DNA of 64,000 nucleotides from Chrysomallon squamiferum (taxonomy: Eukaryota; Animalia; Mollusca), in contig CM022665.1 of NCBI GenBank assembly GCA_012295275.1, forward strand, positions 39,060,001 to 39,124,000, given 5' to 3'. The notes beneath the pieces are model-generated. The model saw nothing but the letters and a program-made list of their open reading frames with translations. It did no database searches and was not told the DNA's origin. Positions 41,247-53,053 of the stretch are shown piece by piece. The position numbers were made by a program, and so were the translations under genes. How positions within the stretch are numbered: the first letter of the stretch is position 1; each line of letters opens with the position of its first letter.

Positions 41247-43643
41247 ATGGTATCAAAGCCTGGCAGATATTTTACTGAAAAATCAATTCTGAACAGCGAC
41301 AGATCCTCAAAGAAGTCCAAAAGGAAAAACTGGAGAAGTGCAAACGCTGTCGATGCGGCAGTTCCAGAGACTGAAGAAGAAAAACCTGTCTCTGAAGTTC
41401 GTTACGATATATTTTATCCGGCATCGTTTACAAGTTCTTCTGTCATAAAAGAAGATATTGCAAAATCAAGACACCATCGTGGAAAGAAAACGAAGCTAAG
41501 ATTCAAGAGCGTCAAAGATTTTGTTCTTGATTATGAACTAGACAGAGAAGAAGACCGATACGTATTAGATACAGATTACAAACAAGATTCAAAAAGTTGG
41601 GAACAAAACACATGTTATCATGGCTTAAAGCCAATTTCATTTTCACAGATTACAGCTTCGCCTTTCAGTAAAAAAACAAAATCTAAATATGGAAGAAAAT
41701 TAAAGAGCAAAACTGACTTGTCTTCAGAATTTGATGTTAAACCCAGGAAATTAATTTACACGAATGATACGGGTGGTTTTGAATATCCTCAGGATGCAAA
41801 TGCTGCCAGTGAATTTACATTACCTAGTCAAATACAGTCGCCTTTGTCAGTTCCTGTTATAATATCATTACCGAAGGCCGAAATTGAACCTAGCAATCTG
41901 AAGGAAGATTATGGAGATAATTATTACGAAGCAGCAACAATACCAAGAAAATTCATCATTGACATTTCAGAAAGAGTAAAGGAATTAGTCCAAAAATGCC
42001 CATTATTCAAGAATATTCGCTGTATGCATTCCAGCTTTGACTTTTCTTCTTACCTCGTATTTGCCAAAACTGATCTGTGCAACAACGAAACTCAAACTTT
42101 CAGGGTCATGCTAAATGCTAGATTAAATGCAAACACTATCAAAATAAATACCATAGTCGACGGATGCCTTACATCTGTTACAGATGTCATAGAAAAAACG
42201 TTGGCTTTTTACGAGACAGTTACGGCAGATACATTCGTACCAAGGACATCAATATCCAATTGTCAGTTCGCTTCTCCATTACTCACCTTCGAGCTGGTGA
42301 AAATCGCCAACAAGTGGTACGCAGAAGGAAATTTCCCAGATAGATTCAAATTAACTTCAGAGTTCAGTGAAAGTCATGAAGAAATCATCCACCGTAAGGA
42401 AGAAACTATTTTTTGCGACATATGTTTTGAAGAAATACGCCTTGGCACCAACAACAGTAAGGCATTTACGTCACTGTACACATGCAATCACTGGTTCTGT
42501 GACGAATGTTGGAGAACGCACCTTCTATACAACATCAACTCCTGTCAAGTCAAAATACGATGTCCAGAGTACAAGTGTGACTCTGTGATTCAAGTCACGA
42601 CCATGATGTGTTTCGTTAACATCCATGACATCAGTCTTTTATTCCAGCGCTGTTTAAACAACAGTATTCAAATGTCACCTAACACAAAATGGTGTCCCTC
42701 TCCTGACTGCGGACGAATTCTTACGACTTCTGCTGATTCCAGGGATGCTAAAACAACACCCACGAGCATGGCCTGCGGTTGTGGAACGACCATTTGTTTC
42801 GTCTGCATGCAACCAGCTCACTGGCCAGCTTCATGCAGCGACTTGAAGAGCTATAAAGATAAAATCATCAAGCGAGGGGATTATATTCACTTTGAAGATG
42901 GTGACGATCTTTTTGTTACGGGTAACTTACCCTTTGTAAAGGTAAAAGGAAAAAGGTGTCCAAATTGTTCTTACTTTATTGAGAAAACTGGCGGGTGTCC
43001 TTACATGATATGTCCTTGTGGTTTCCACTTTTGTTGGATGTGTTTGCTCAAGTTGCCTGACGACAAACACAACTCTATAGTCTGCAATAAAAACAGCAGA
43101 ATTCATAACAAAGTGTTTCTTCTCGATGAAGTTGAACGTGAAGAACTGTTTTTAAGATCTAAATCCCATTTATATGAACTTGCAGTAAGTCGGAGAGTAT
43201 TGAGGCAGCCGTCTGCCATCAATAAAATGAGGTCAGCCAGCAGAGATTTTGCCAAAAGTTTAAATCGCATTGCTTCTAGAAATATCGTTGCAAAGATGCT
43301 AATGAAGGAACAGAGTTATTCGCAAAACATTCAGACAAACCTGTTGTTACGGCTTTTTTATTATTTTCGTAAAATGATTGGCATCAAACTGGAAGTTGAT
43401 CATGTCATTGAGTTTACAGCGGTGTATTTGTCAAACAGGCAAAACGGATCGAAAACTATACTGATCATCATGTCCAGACTTGAAGAAATTTCGTCAGATT
43501 TTAAGGCAATTCTCGAAGCAGGCAAAAATCAAGATGCGGAACATGCCTTCTTTCGCTTGTTTGAATTAGAGAAAAATGCCAGAAAGGACATTTCTTCTTT
43601 AAGTAAAATAGTAAACCAGAAACAAGATGCAGTTAAATGCTAA
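41247..43643 (+). CDS. RBR (RING1-IBR-RING2) E3 ubiquitin ligase, Ariadne-like, single coding exon; start uncertain (frame open from 40884)
   Basis: RING1 CDICFEE..CNHWFCDECW..CPEYKC; IBR WCPSPDC..CGCGTTICFVCMQPAHWPASC; RING2 KRCPNCSYFIEKTGGCPYMICPCGFHFCWMC; helical C-terminus. Preferred start is aagATGg at 41247, after a probable 5'UTR intron (donor CG|GTAAGT 40569, acceptor TTACAG| 40932). Confidence 0.88.
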   Translation: MVSKPGRYFTEKSILNSDRSSKKSKRKNWRSANAVDAAVPETEEEKPVSEVRYDIFYPASFTSSSVIKEDIAKSRHHRGKKTKLRFKSVKDFVLDYELDREEDRYVLDTDYKQDSKSWEQNTCYHGLKPISFSQITASPFSKKTKSKYGRKLKSKTDLSSEFDVKPRKLIYTNDTGGFEYPQDANAASEFTLPSQIQSPLSVPVIISLPKAEIEPSNLKEDYGDNYYEAATIPRKFIIDISERVKELVQKCPLFKNIRCMHSSFDFSSYLVFAKTDLCNNETQTFRVMLNARLNANTIKINTIVDGCLTSVTDVIEKTLAFYETVTADTFVPRTSISNCQFASPLLTFELVKIANKWYAEGNFPDRFKLTSEFSESHEEIIHRKEETIFCDICFEEIRLGTNNSKAFTSLYTCNHWFCDECWRTHLLYNINSCQVKIRCPEYKCDSVIQVTTMMCFVNIHDISLLFQRCLNNSIQMSPNTKWCPSPDCGRILTTSADSRDAKTTPTSMACGCGTTICFVCMQPAHWPASCSDLKSYKDKIIKRGDYIHFEDGDDLFVTGNLPFVKVKGKRCPNCSYFIEKTGGCPYMICPCGFHFCWMCLLKLPDDKHNSIVCNKNSRIHNKVFLLDEVEREELFLRSKSHLYELAVSRRVLRQPSAINKMRSASRDFAKSLNRIASRNIVAKMLMKEQSYSQNIQTNLLLRLFYYFRKMIGIKLEVDHVIEFTAVYLSNRQNGSKTILIIMSRLEEISSDFKAILEAGKNQDAEHAFFRLFELEKNARKDISSLSKIVNQKQDAVKC

Positions 43644-43983
43644 AAGTATTGTAAACAGTTAACTTACCTCTTTCTTAATTTCAAGATTGATTTCCAGTTT
43701 TAGAACTGTTCTTCCTTCTTTGACTCAGCACAGCATGAAGATCAACACATTGTTTTAGTGTTTTTTCTTTAATTGTTGTTACTATTTAAAAATGATTTTT
43801 GACTTTATCGTTAACTGTTGCTTTGTGTTAAGCAATCAGGGGTGAAAAAAAAAAAAAAAAAAAAAAAATAAAAAATTATTGTCCTTTATTGCTTTTTTTA
43901 ATTCTTGTTCAAATAAACATGCTAAAACAGTAATAAAAATAAAATTCGAATATTTAATAAAAAGTGTGTTGATACTCCTTCCA

Positions 43984-44040
<57 letters not shown>

Positions 44041-44289
44041 GTTGTTGTTTATGATACATTAACCTACGATTATCTGTATTAAGAGTTGTTTTCCTTTCTC
44101 TTTTACGTTTCTTTAGTATACGTTAGTTTCGAGCCTGTATAGCTTAAATCCACATAATCATTGTTTTTGAGACAACTGATGTTCGTATTATTGAAATATA
44201 CAAAAATAAACATAAATAAAGTTAAATATATTCATAAAATTAATATCTAGCTACTTAACTTATATTTTCAAAACCCACAAAAAAATATA

Positions 44290-44328
<39 letters not shown>

Positions 44329-45117
44329 AAAAAACCGAGCAAAACAACAGTTGATGTATTTATTACAAATGACGTTTTTATACACGCGCCTATACCTAGC
44401 CTTACAATAATTATATGACAACATGATATCAAATAAAATAGATTCAAAATACATTAATTTCCAATCAATCAAGGATACAAACGTAATTTTATCGACAGAG
44501 AAATTCATATTAAATAATCAAGATTAAATAATTTTTAAAATTATAACCGTTTTCAGTGTTTGCTACGGAGAACCACCTTTGATTTGTTAACAAGGCAAAC
44601 AATACAGAAATTAAAATTAATCAATGGAACGAGGGTGAGTGAGGTAAAAAAAAAAAAATAATAATAATAATAATAATAAAAAAATTACTGATTCAAACTC
44701 TACTGTAAATTAATTTCAGCATTCTGGATATTAACTGAATCATGGCCATCCACAATGCTTGACCTTTCCACTGTAGTATGAAGCTATACGTACTGATTAG
44801 CCACATAAGTAGTTTTGCTTTTTGTACAAATTATCACAGATTAGCGGGATTAATAATGAGCTTTATCGACTATCGTCTGTATACTAAACCTTTTTTCGGG
44901 AGTTTTTCTTGCTTATTAAACCCACAAACAAGCACATTTTGTTTAAATGATTATGTTTGGCGGAAGTATCCACGGTTTGATTACGAAGCACCTTTAATTA
45001 ACTTTTTTCTTCTTCCTGTACCAGTTTCATGTTTGATAGTAAATTTTAAAATAACATTGTGACAATAATAATAATAATAATAAATTTCAAAAAGAAAGAA
45101 AAAAAGAACAGAGACAT

Positions 45118-46176
45118 TTATTTTTTTGAGCATTTTAGCAAACTGATACATTCACTTCTGAACTGGTCATTAAGTATGAAATAAATTAAAGGGTTCATAA
45201 CTCTACCTAGAAAGTACGATTTTAAACATATTTCACTAACTATCTCCATTGCTGCCGACATTCCTGGTTTAAAAACTACCCTGTTATGTTTCATTATTTC
45301 AACTGACAGATACGGAACATAACACAGGATGGTGCTTGCTGTGACCGCCATCATTAAAAAGGTGGTTTTATTGGCTTTTATCTTCTTACTTCCAGTCGAT
45401 ACATGTATTTTGAATTCCGAATCTGGTTCAGCAGCAGCATTACCTTGTTTTCGTTTTAAGGATGTCAGAGTCTTCTTCCTGGTGGCAATAATGAAAATAA
45501 TATGAGCATATGATGTAAATATGCAGATGACTGACAGTACAAATAAGATGTACTGTATGAAATATGCCAAAAGGGCGTAAATTGACCCTTCATACTCGCT
45601 GGCAATGGAACAGTCTTCACCAACGACACAGCTAAATCCTGTTTCGACAAATCGAACTCCGGACAGAAACAACTGTGGCCAGGCAACACTGATGCAGAGC
45701 GCAGCTGTTATAACAATCATGTGTCTAGCTTGTCCCAGCGTCCTTGACCTCAAAGGGTTGCACACTTTGGCGTGTCTGTCGAAGGCGATTGAAACCAACA
45801 TCACACCAGCAGCACCTGTCAAGCTCATTTCGATGAAGCGAAATAGCTTGCAGCAGATGATGTTGCCGCTAAAGTACGGATGAGACATGTCAAAGAGCTG
45901 GAAGGGACAGGCTATAAGACACGTCAGAAGATCAAGAACAGAGAGAGCGACAATGAAGAAGTTTCCAGTTGTTTTCTTGAACTTTGTCTGATGGATATAA
46001 CACACGACCGAATTCCCTAACAAACCAAACAGCGATATGGCGGCTATTAAAAGAGTTACGGGAAGCAGGAAGATTGCTTTCTTATGATTCAGCAGAATAA
46101 TCAAAGACATGTTGTTGTACTCGGTGATGACGTAGCTGCAGTTCGTAATATTACTGAAAGATTCGTTGACAACCAT
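45118..46176 (-). CDS. Class A (rhodopsin-like) GPCR, peptide-receptor-like orphan, 352 aa, intronless CDS
   Basis: Seven hydrophobic segments; GN (TM1), LSVLDL (TM2), TM3 Cys, DRH, CYVPY (TM6), NPLIY (TM7), FR helix 8; N-glycosylation sites in the N-terminus. ATG at 46176 follows an acceptor GTTACAG| at about 46231. Confidence 0.9.
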   Translation of the reverse strand: MVVNESFSNITNCSYVITEYNNMSLIILLNHKKAIFLLPVTLLIAAISLFGLLGNSVVCYIHQTKFKKTTGNFFIVALSVLDLLTCLIACPFQLFDMSHPYFSGNIICCKLFRFIEMSLTGAAGVMLVSIAFDRHAKVCNPLRSRTLGQARHMIVITAALCISVAWPQLFLSGVRFVETGFSCVVGEDCSIASEYEGSIYALLAYFIQYILFVLSVICIFTSYAHIIFIIATRKKTLTSLKRKQGNAAAEPDSEFKIHVSTGSKKIKANKTTFLMMAVTASTILCYVPYLSVEIMKHNRVVFKPGMSAAMEIVSEICLKSYFLGRVMNPLIYFILNDQFRSECISLLKCSKK

Positions 46177-47134
46177 TTTTCTTTCAACTGTTGTTGAACT
46201 CTCACTCTTGAAGTTATGTGTGGTTGTCTTCTGTAACGATAATGTTAAAACTGATTTAGTACATTTACTTGTATACCCATGATATATGTGTACACGAACA
46301 CATACATAACACGCACGCACTAATACACCTTCAGAAGTTTTCTTTTCTAGGTCTGTTTATCTGAAATATATGATTTGACATCTAATAATCGTTAATATTA
46401 AATTGTTTTGATGTATCGTGAATTATTTAACTTAGGATTCACTAAAAATTAGAAATGCCCTTTTAATAAATAATTACAGACAAAATCCCACTCCCTTTCC
46501 ATTAATACATTTGGGATGTCATATTAAGCCTGCCGTACTATTAATAGAAAATCTAATTAAACAGGTAACACATTTACACATATGATAATTATTAATGAGA
46601 TAACCCATTGGTCTTGTCACAGGTGGTAAATAAAACGATACGGAAATGTCACCTCCAGAAATATATTACTTTTATGTACAATGAAGAGTCACCAGTTTAT
46701 ACAAATGTATATTTATTTAGTTGTACCACTAATATAATGAAACACACGCACACACACATATATGTGTCTGTGTGTATATACATAAAGGTATTGATACGTG
46801 TTTCTTTATAATTAAGCTATATTTTCATCTTAAAAAATAAACCATAAATATAACGTCAATCCTTTTTACAGTTCTGGATCAGCTGCTATTCTAGGATTAA
46901 TAAGGGTACCACGTAAGTCTGTGTAATCTCGTTACCTTTAGAAATTACATGACAGAATATCGTAGGTGATCTTTGAACTAGGTATTACAACCGGTTCACG
47001 TGATATACATAGTAATACTACTAATACTTAAATTTGATTAAGTGTTATTATACAGATATGTAATAATATGCCACAGAAAAATATTCATGTTTATTCGTAT
47101 AAAATATTTCAGGGAGTTTTGCGTCTACTATTTG

Positions 47135-47240
<106 letters not shown>

Positions 47241-48146
47241 ACTGCTAGTATATCACTATATGGTACTGTTAAAATAACAATAACAAATAGTATTACACTT
47301 CAACGTTTACCACCATCACTACTACGACTACTACAACCACCACCAATACCGCCCCAATAATGTCACCATTAATACAAGAATGAAATATGCTAAGAAACAT
47401 TACCTACAAATGAAAACCCCACAAAAAAAACAAAAAAACAATTGAACTGACCTTTAAAATAGGATATTCATATTCTTCACCACGATGCAGATTCGAGAAT
47501 TATCCATAATACTGGCATATTAGGGGTTGTTGTTTCCTTTTATTTGAAGTTACTATTATTCATAAACTGTGTTATATCTTCAAAAAGATATCATTGTTCT
47601 GCATATGAAACAAGTAAAATAGTAATCATAAGTCACAACCAAAAGAGGACAATTTTTTTTTTCTTCTCGCTAGACCGGTCTTCTTTGTTTTTCTGTTGTT
47701 TTTTTAAGGGTGCTGTTTCATTGTGGCTAGAATTCAGTGGGTCGCTTGGTTTTGACTTTTCGTTCAGGTTCATTGAGTTCTGACACCGACTCAGTATGAT
47801 ATGGACAGCTTGTTACGTAAGCCCGTCTTTGTTTTCTTTTGTTTTGTAACAGCTGACCCAACAACACATGATGGTCTTGGAGAGTGGACTGAGGCTATGT
47901 TTTGAAACGCCTGGCTACTTGTATTTGCTGTTTACAATTTACTTTCATTATCTATGCTGTAACATCAGTTTACGCATGGGATAAGTGAAGAGTTTAAATA
48001 GAAAAGACAATTAATGAATGACTGATTGAAAGTGTTTATTTAGATATTGCTTACTTCTTCATTTGTTCTGAGTTTTCAGTGTTCGTAATATGCATACATA
48101 CATATATACATATACACATACATACTTAAGATATATAACGTACAGG

Positions 48147-48200
48147 CAGGGCCGGCGCTACCATATAGGCAAACTAGGTAGCCGCCTAGGGCGCTGATTT
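48147..48200. mobile_element. Probable terminus of a hAT (Tip100-like) DNA transposon
   Basis: GC-rich island CAGGGCCGGCGCTACCATATAGGCAAACTAGGTAGCCGCCTAGGGCGC resembling hAT termini. The partner end was not found. Confidence 0.45.
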
Positions 48201-49102
48201 CAGGGAGCGTATTTCTGCAAATTAACAAAAGTTCTGAAAATTAAATAAATAAATTTCAGAATTATTGAGGGTCGTTTTTTTTCATCCTGGTTTATTTTAT
48301 ACAGGGACAAATAGTCGAGTAGTAACAGTCTGACCAAAACAAACAAAATGAGTGAGTGAAAATCACTCGCACATGAAACTTTCAGGACGTAATTATGTTC
48401 GAGTGTTTTTATAGGCCACGAGCTTTTCCGTAGAATCATGCGTATGCGAAACCTTCAGTTTGCCGCGGAAATCAAAATGAGAGCGGTAACTACTTGTTTT
48501 AATAGTATAAACAAGGAAAGAAATGGCCTGTGTGGGATATTTAATCTAGAGATCGCATAGGATGGTGAAAATAAATGTTTTAAAAATATTGCAGGCGCAG
48601 TTCTAGTGTGAATGAATATTTTCGTAGGTAGACATGCATACAGATACACAGAGAGATAGATCGATGGATACTTACCTAGATACATTGCTCACAAATATTA
48701 AGGTTATTCATTTGTACTGAATTGCACAGAAAGACGTATTATTATTCTTCATTAAAACAAAACTAATATAGTTTACTTCAGTAGTACAGTTAACAGAATA
48801 TTGTTTTGATATCAGAAACGCTGCAATATGAACTAATTGAATTTTCCTTTAAAAAAAAAGAAAAAAAGAAGATAATTATTAATTAACAAAGCCATTTCAA
48901 CGACAAGTTGCTCGCAGATTATTTATTTATTTATTTTATTTACTTGATCGAATTTTGATATCGTCCATTAACTTGAAACATATGAGCCATAACTTAAACA
49001 CGATAATAACAACTTGAAAAGATTGGAACAATTTTTTTTTTCTTTTTCTTCGAGCGTAACCTCATTTTGTATCATTTGTATAAGTAAGCACTTCTGGGTT
49101 TA

Positions 49103-49144
<42 letters not shown>

Positions 49145-49276
49145 TACCCGATAACCATTCTATCCAGTAATGCGTAAAAACTGTTATTGGATGGTACGTT
49201 AATATATTTAAGTGGCGAAAACAAATGTGTTCCATTTAGCTTGAAAAGTATAACTTACTGTCATTCAGCTCAAAAG

Positions 49277-49318
<42 letters not shown>

Positions 49319-49461
49319 CGTAAAAATATATTCTTGACGCCACTACTAGAATATAATCATTAATAGTCGACAAAACAACGTCACGTGACAACAAATTTAC
49401 ACTTCTGTTTTAATTTTTCGTCTTCTTAGCGTACGAACCGAAAAACATCAGTAATTGGTTG

Positions 49462-49524
<63 letters not shown>

Positions 49525-49971
49525 GTCATATTTTGCAAAATCCGTGTTTATATCAAAGTAAATGATTTTTTTATTGTTATATGTTGTCACTGTTAGGGAC
49601 ACAGATTTGCAAGTCACGGCCATTTTGTTATAAAAATATGCCACCCATATTGCAGTGACACGTTGGAGAGTTATGTAAGAAAAGACAATAACAGCAATAT
49701 GTCATGGCATGGCACAAAGAAGACATCATCACGTAAACTTTTAATTAACACCAGCTTACGACGACTAAAGCAGACATTATTATTTGATTAATTTTAATAA
49801 TAGATTCGTTTTCGCTGTTACAGTAATTTGCTACATTTTGTTAACATATTTTGCCCATGTTGCTGGGTTTGCACTAATTATTTATAAATAGGTTTGCCTA
49901 AAATAAAAAATGATAAATTTCATTATATTTTTTTCAAGTTGATACTTTCAGTTATTATTATTAACAAATAT

Positions 49972-50007
<36 letters not shown>

Positions 50008-50281
50008 CTTATTTGATGTGAAAATAAACTAAATTACAGTGCGATGTACCGAGGATCAATCCATATTTGAAACTAAGATTTTACTTAGGAATCCTTTTCC
50101 AGAAAATAAAAATAAAAAATCTTTTATTATTATTGCTATTTCATTTTTAAAAAAAAACAAAACAAAAAACAAACAAATAAAACTTTTAATATTATGTTTT
50201 TATTATTTAAAAATTATCATTATTATTGTTGTTGTAATTATTATTATTAATCCTTAAAATAGTCTTCTTTTTATTAGTTTA

Positions 50282-50327
<46 letters not shown>

Positions 50328-50579
50328 CCTTATTAATATTTATGCAGTACCTTAAATTTTTCTTTTCTATCCTTTTTTAATCTAATATCTTTTTCTAATT
50401 TCAAATGATTAAATATTGTCTCTCCACTGTGCAAACAATGGTAAACATACAATTCCACACTGAACAATTCCCCATTCCACTCATTAGTATTGAACAGAAT
50501 TAGTAAATTTTATTAAACTTTAACTAACAATAATTTTCATTAGTACTGACTTATAAAACTGCTTGATTTACTTTAATCT

Positions 50580-51140
50580 TACACAATGGCCAATGCCCTT
50601 AAGTACATTTGGGCCAGTCTTGCTGTTGTCAGTGCACAGTTTGTGCAGCTTTGACTGAGGTTTGTGGGTGGGGGTCTTACACACTTTGCTGGTGGCAGGT
50701 CATGTAGCAGTGCAGGGGCAACCTGGGACTGATCTTTATGTATGCTGTCAGTGGCTCTCCAGATGGTAGGGTATGCGTGTCCAACTAGCTTTACAAAGGT
50801 GCTGTTCCATCCCTTGCATAAGTTACTGGTTCTTGATCCCTCTTCAAGATTAATGGAATTGATGTTTCATATGGGTGGAGGGATGGATCCATCTGGAAGT
50901 TGTGGGAGCTGAATACGACAGACGACTCTGGACACATAGGTGTTGTCAAAGTAGTCCAGGAGAGGTTTGTGTCCATTAGTGAGCTCTCATAGATATGTTA
51001 GACCCTCAGGAACCTCATCCACTGGTAAAAAGGCGAGTAGATCTAGCATGCCACAGAAGAGTTTCACATCCCCCTCTTCTCTCAATCGCTGTCCAAGACC
51101 AAGAGTCTGGAAGTTTGGATCTTCCTCCATGTGGCCTTAG
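50580..51140 (-). mobile_element. Degenerate Mutator/MULE transposase relic
   Basis: Minus-strand fragments ATWRKIQ and VKLFCGMLDLLAFLPVDEVPEG resemble the animal MULE 'LAFLP' region. Frameshifted and GC-richer than the flanks. Confidence 0.65.
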
Positions 51141-52527
51141 TGATAGAAGCAGTCATGTACATTAAAGAAAAAGAATAGAAAAGAAAAAGAAAGAAAATGT
51201 AGGATTTTTGTCTTTTTAAATAACTATAAAAGCCACTAATGAAAATGTTTTTAAATATTTTTATGTATGATGTAATTGAGAAATAATTTTAAGTTCATAT
51301 CTGTGCATTAATAAAAACATATTCCAGTTATTTTGTTTTTAGTTAAAAATTGATACTAATTTACATTATATAAAAATATATTTTTAGTTATTAATGGGGT
51401 TTTTTGGTGAAATTTTTATTTTTAACCAAGATATTTATAACAACTCACTAAATATTTTTAGTATTGAAAGGCAAAAATGTCTGAGCAGGGACAGAAATAA
51501 AATTTGAACACAAACCAATAATAAGTGTAGACTGACTGTTCTTTTTCTCCTCCTAAAAGAAAAACAAAATATCAGTTTACATAGAAATTACTTTCTTAAC
51601 AAAAAGAAATATTTTGAAATTTAAACAAAAAGAAAAGATAAAAGTATCTGTAGAAAAACAATAAAAATTTAGAGATAACAAAATGAACTTCCTAAAAATT
51701 TCAAACCATAATAATTAAAAAAAGTAATTATTATCATATCTTTAAATAAATTAACAATTAATCTAACTTTGTTCAGTTATTATACAGAATCTCCTTTAAA
51801 ACATTTATACCGAAATAACATAACTATTTCACAAATGTTACTTTCACATAAATGTTAGGAAACTCTGCAACATTTATTTAAAAATACAATAAATTTTTTT
51901 TAAAATTAAAAAAAAAAAAAAAAAAATAAAACACACAAAAGCATGAAATCCAAAACATATGCTTCTTAATAGAATTACACAACAAAAAAACTAAGGAAAA
52001 ATGCCAAACTAAGTTGTGAAGTTACATGTAAGTAGAACTGCATGCATGATACTCATGCTTAAGTAATTTATATATTAGGAAGGTTAGATACTGGAATATG
52101 CATAATATGTGGTTTTTAAATTTTATAATTACAGTTTCAAAAACATGCAAACATTATTATTATTTTTTTTTTATTAGACTACATAATGTAAAATCAAAAA
52201 TTAAAAAATTATAGTAGGTTGAAATTAAACTTAACTTTTAAAGGAATTTCTGTTTTATTTAAACATATTTTAAGATTTTAGATATATCACAATTTGGGAC
52301 AGCTAAGCAAACCTCTGAAACAGATCATTTTAGTTAATCAATTCTAGACTGTAAACACAAATACAACCTCATAAAACTAATTTTAGGTAAAAATATCTAT
52401 GGCTAAAACTAAAGAAAAAATATAAAAATAAAAATAACTAACATATTAAGAGAGTGACTATACTAGCAGTTTATACTTTGTCTTTAGAATGTGATTATAC
52501 TCTTATCATTAATTAATGCCCTGCTAA

Positions 52528-52684
52528 AACAATTACTTACCCACTAACAATTAATGTATACACTAACAATTACTGTATAGATTAATAATCAATGTATCCA
52601 CTAACAATTACTATCTACACTAACAATTACTGTATACATTAATAATTACTGTATACACTAATTGTTAGTGGGTAAGTAATTGTT
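52528..52684. repeat. About 19-bp minisatellite bracketed by perfect 26-bp inverted repeats (foldback/MITE-like)
   Basis: AACAATTACTTACCCACTAACAATTA (52528-52553) and its reverse complement (52659-52684) enclose degenerate copies of CACTAACAATTACTGTATA. Confidence 0.75.
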
Positions 52685-53053
52685 AGCTCCTAGACAAAAA
52701 TAAATAACATAAATTTACAATTTCCATGAACATTACAAAAGATACTGACTATAATCTTGACCCTTCAATATCAGTCATCCACAGATGTTTGAGAAGAAGT
52801 TACAATTATTTTTTTATTATTTTTATTTTTTTCTACATACCTTTGAATCTAAACAAAAAGAAACATTTAATTTCTTTGATGACTTAAGATCACAATATCA
52901 GTATTAGTAATGAAGAAATTCAAAAAATGACATACATACCTACATATACCTACAGAGACACTCACCCCCCACCCCCTACACACAGAGACAGCAACTAAAA
53001 AGACACTCCACTCTCCAAACTTGTGAATCTGAAAATTAAAAAAAAAAACTCAC

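Noticed and set aside
46177-46320. N-terminal 48 codons of the GPCR ORF
   Set aside because: Non-ATG start crossing an acceptor at about 46231. The ATG at 46176 gives a normal glycosylated N-terminus.
47852-47905. Possible + strand exon after TTTTGTAACAG (ADPTTHDGLGEWTEAMF*)
   Set aside because: No partner exons or recognisable homology.
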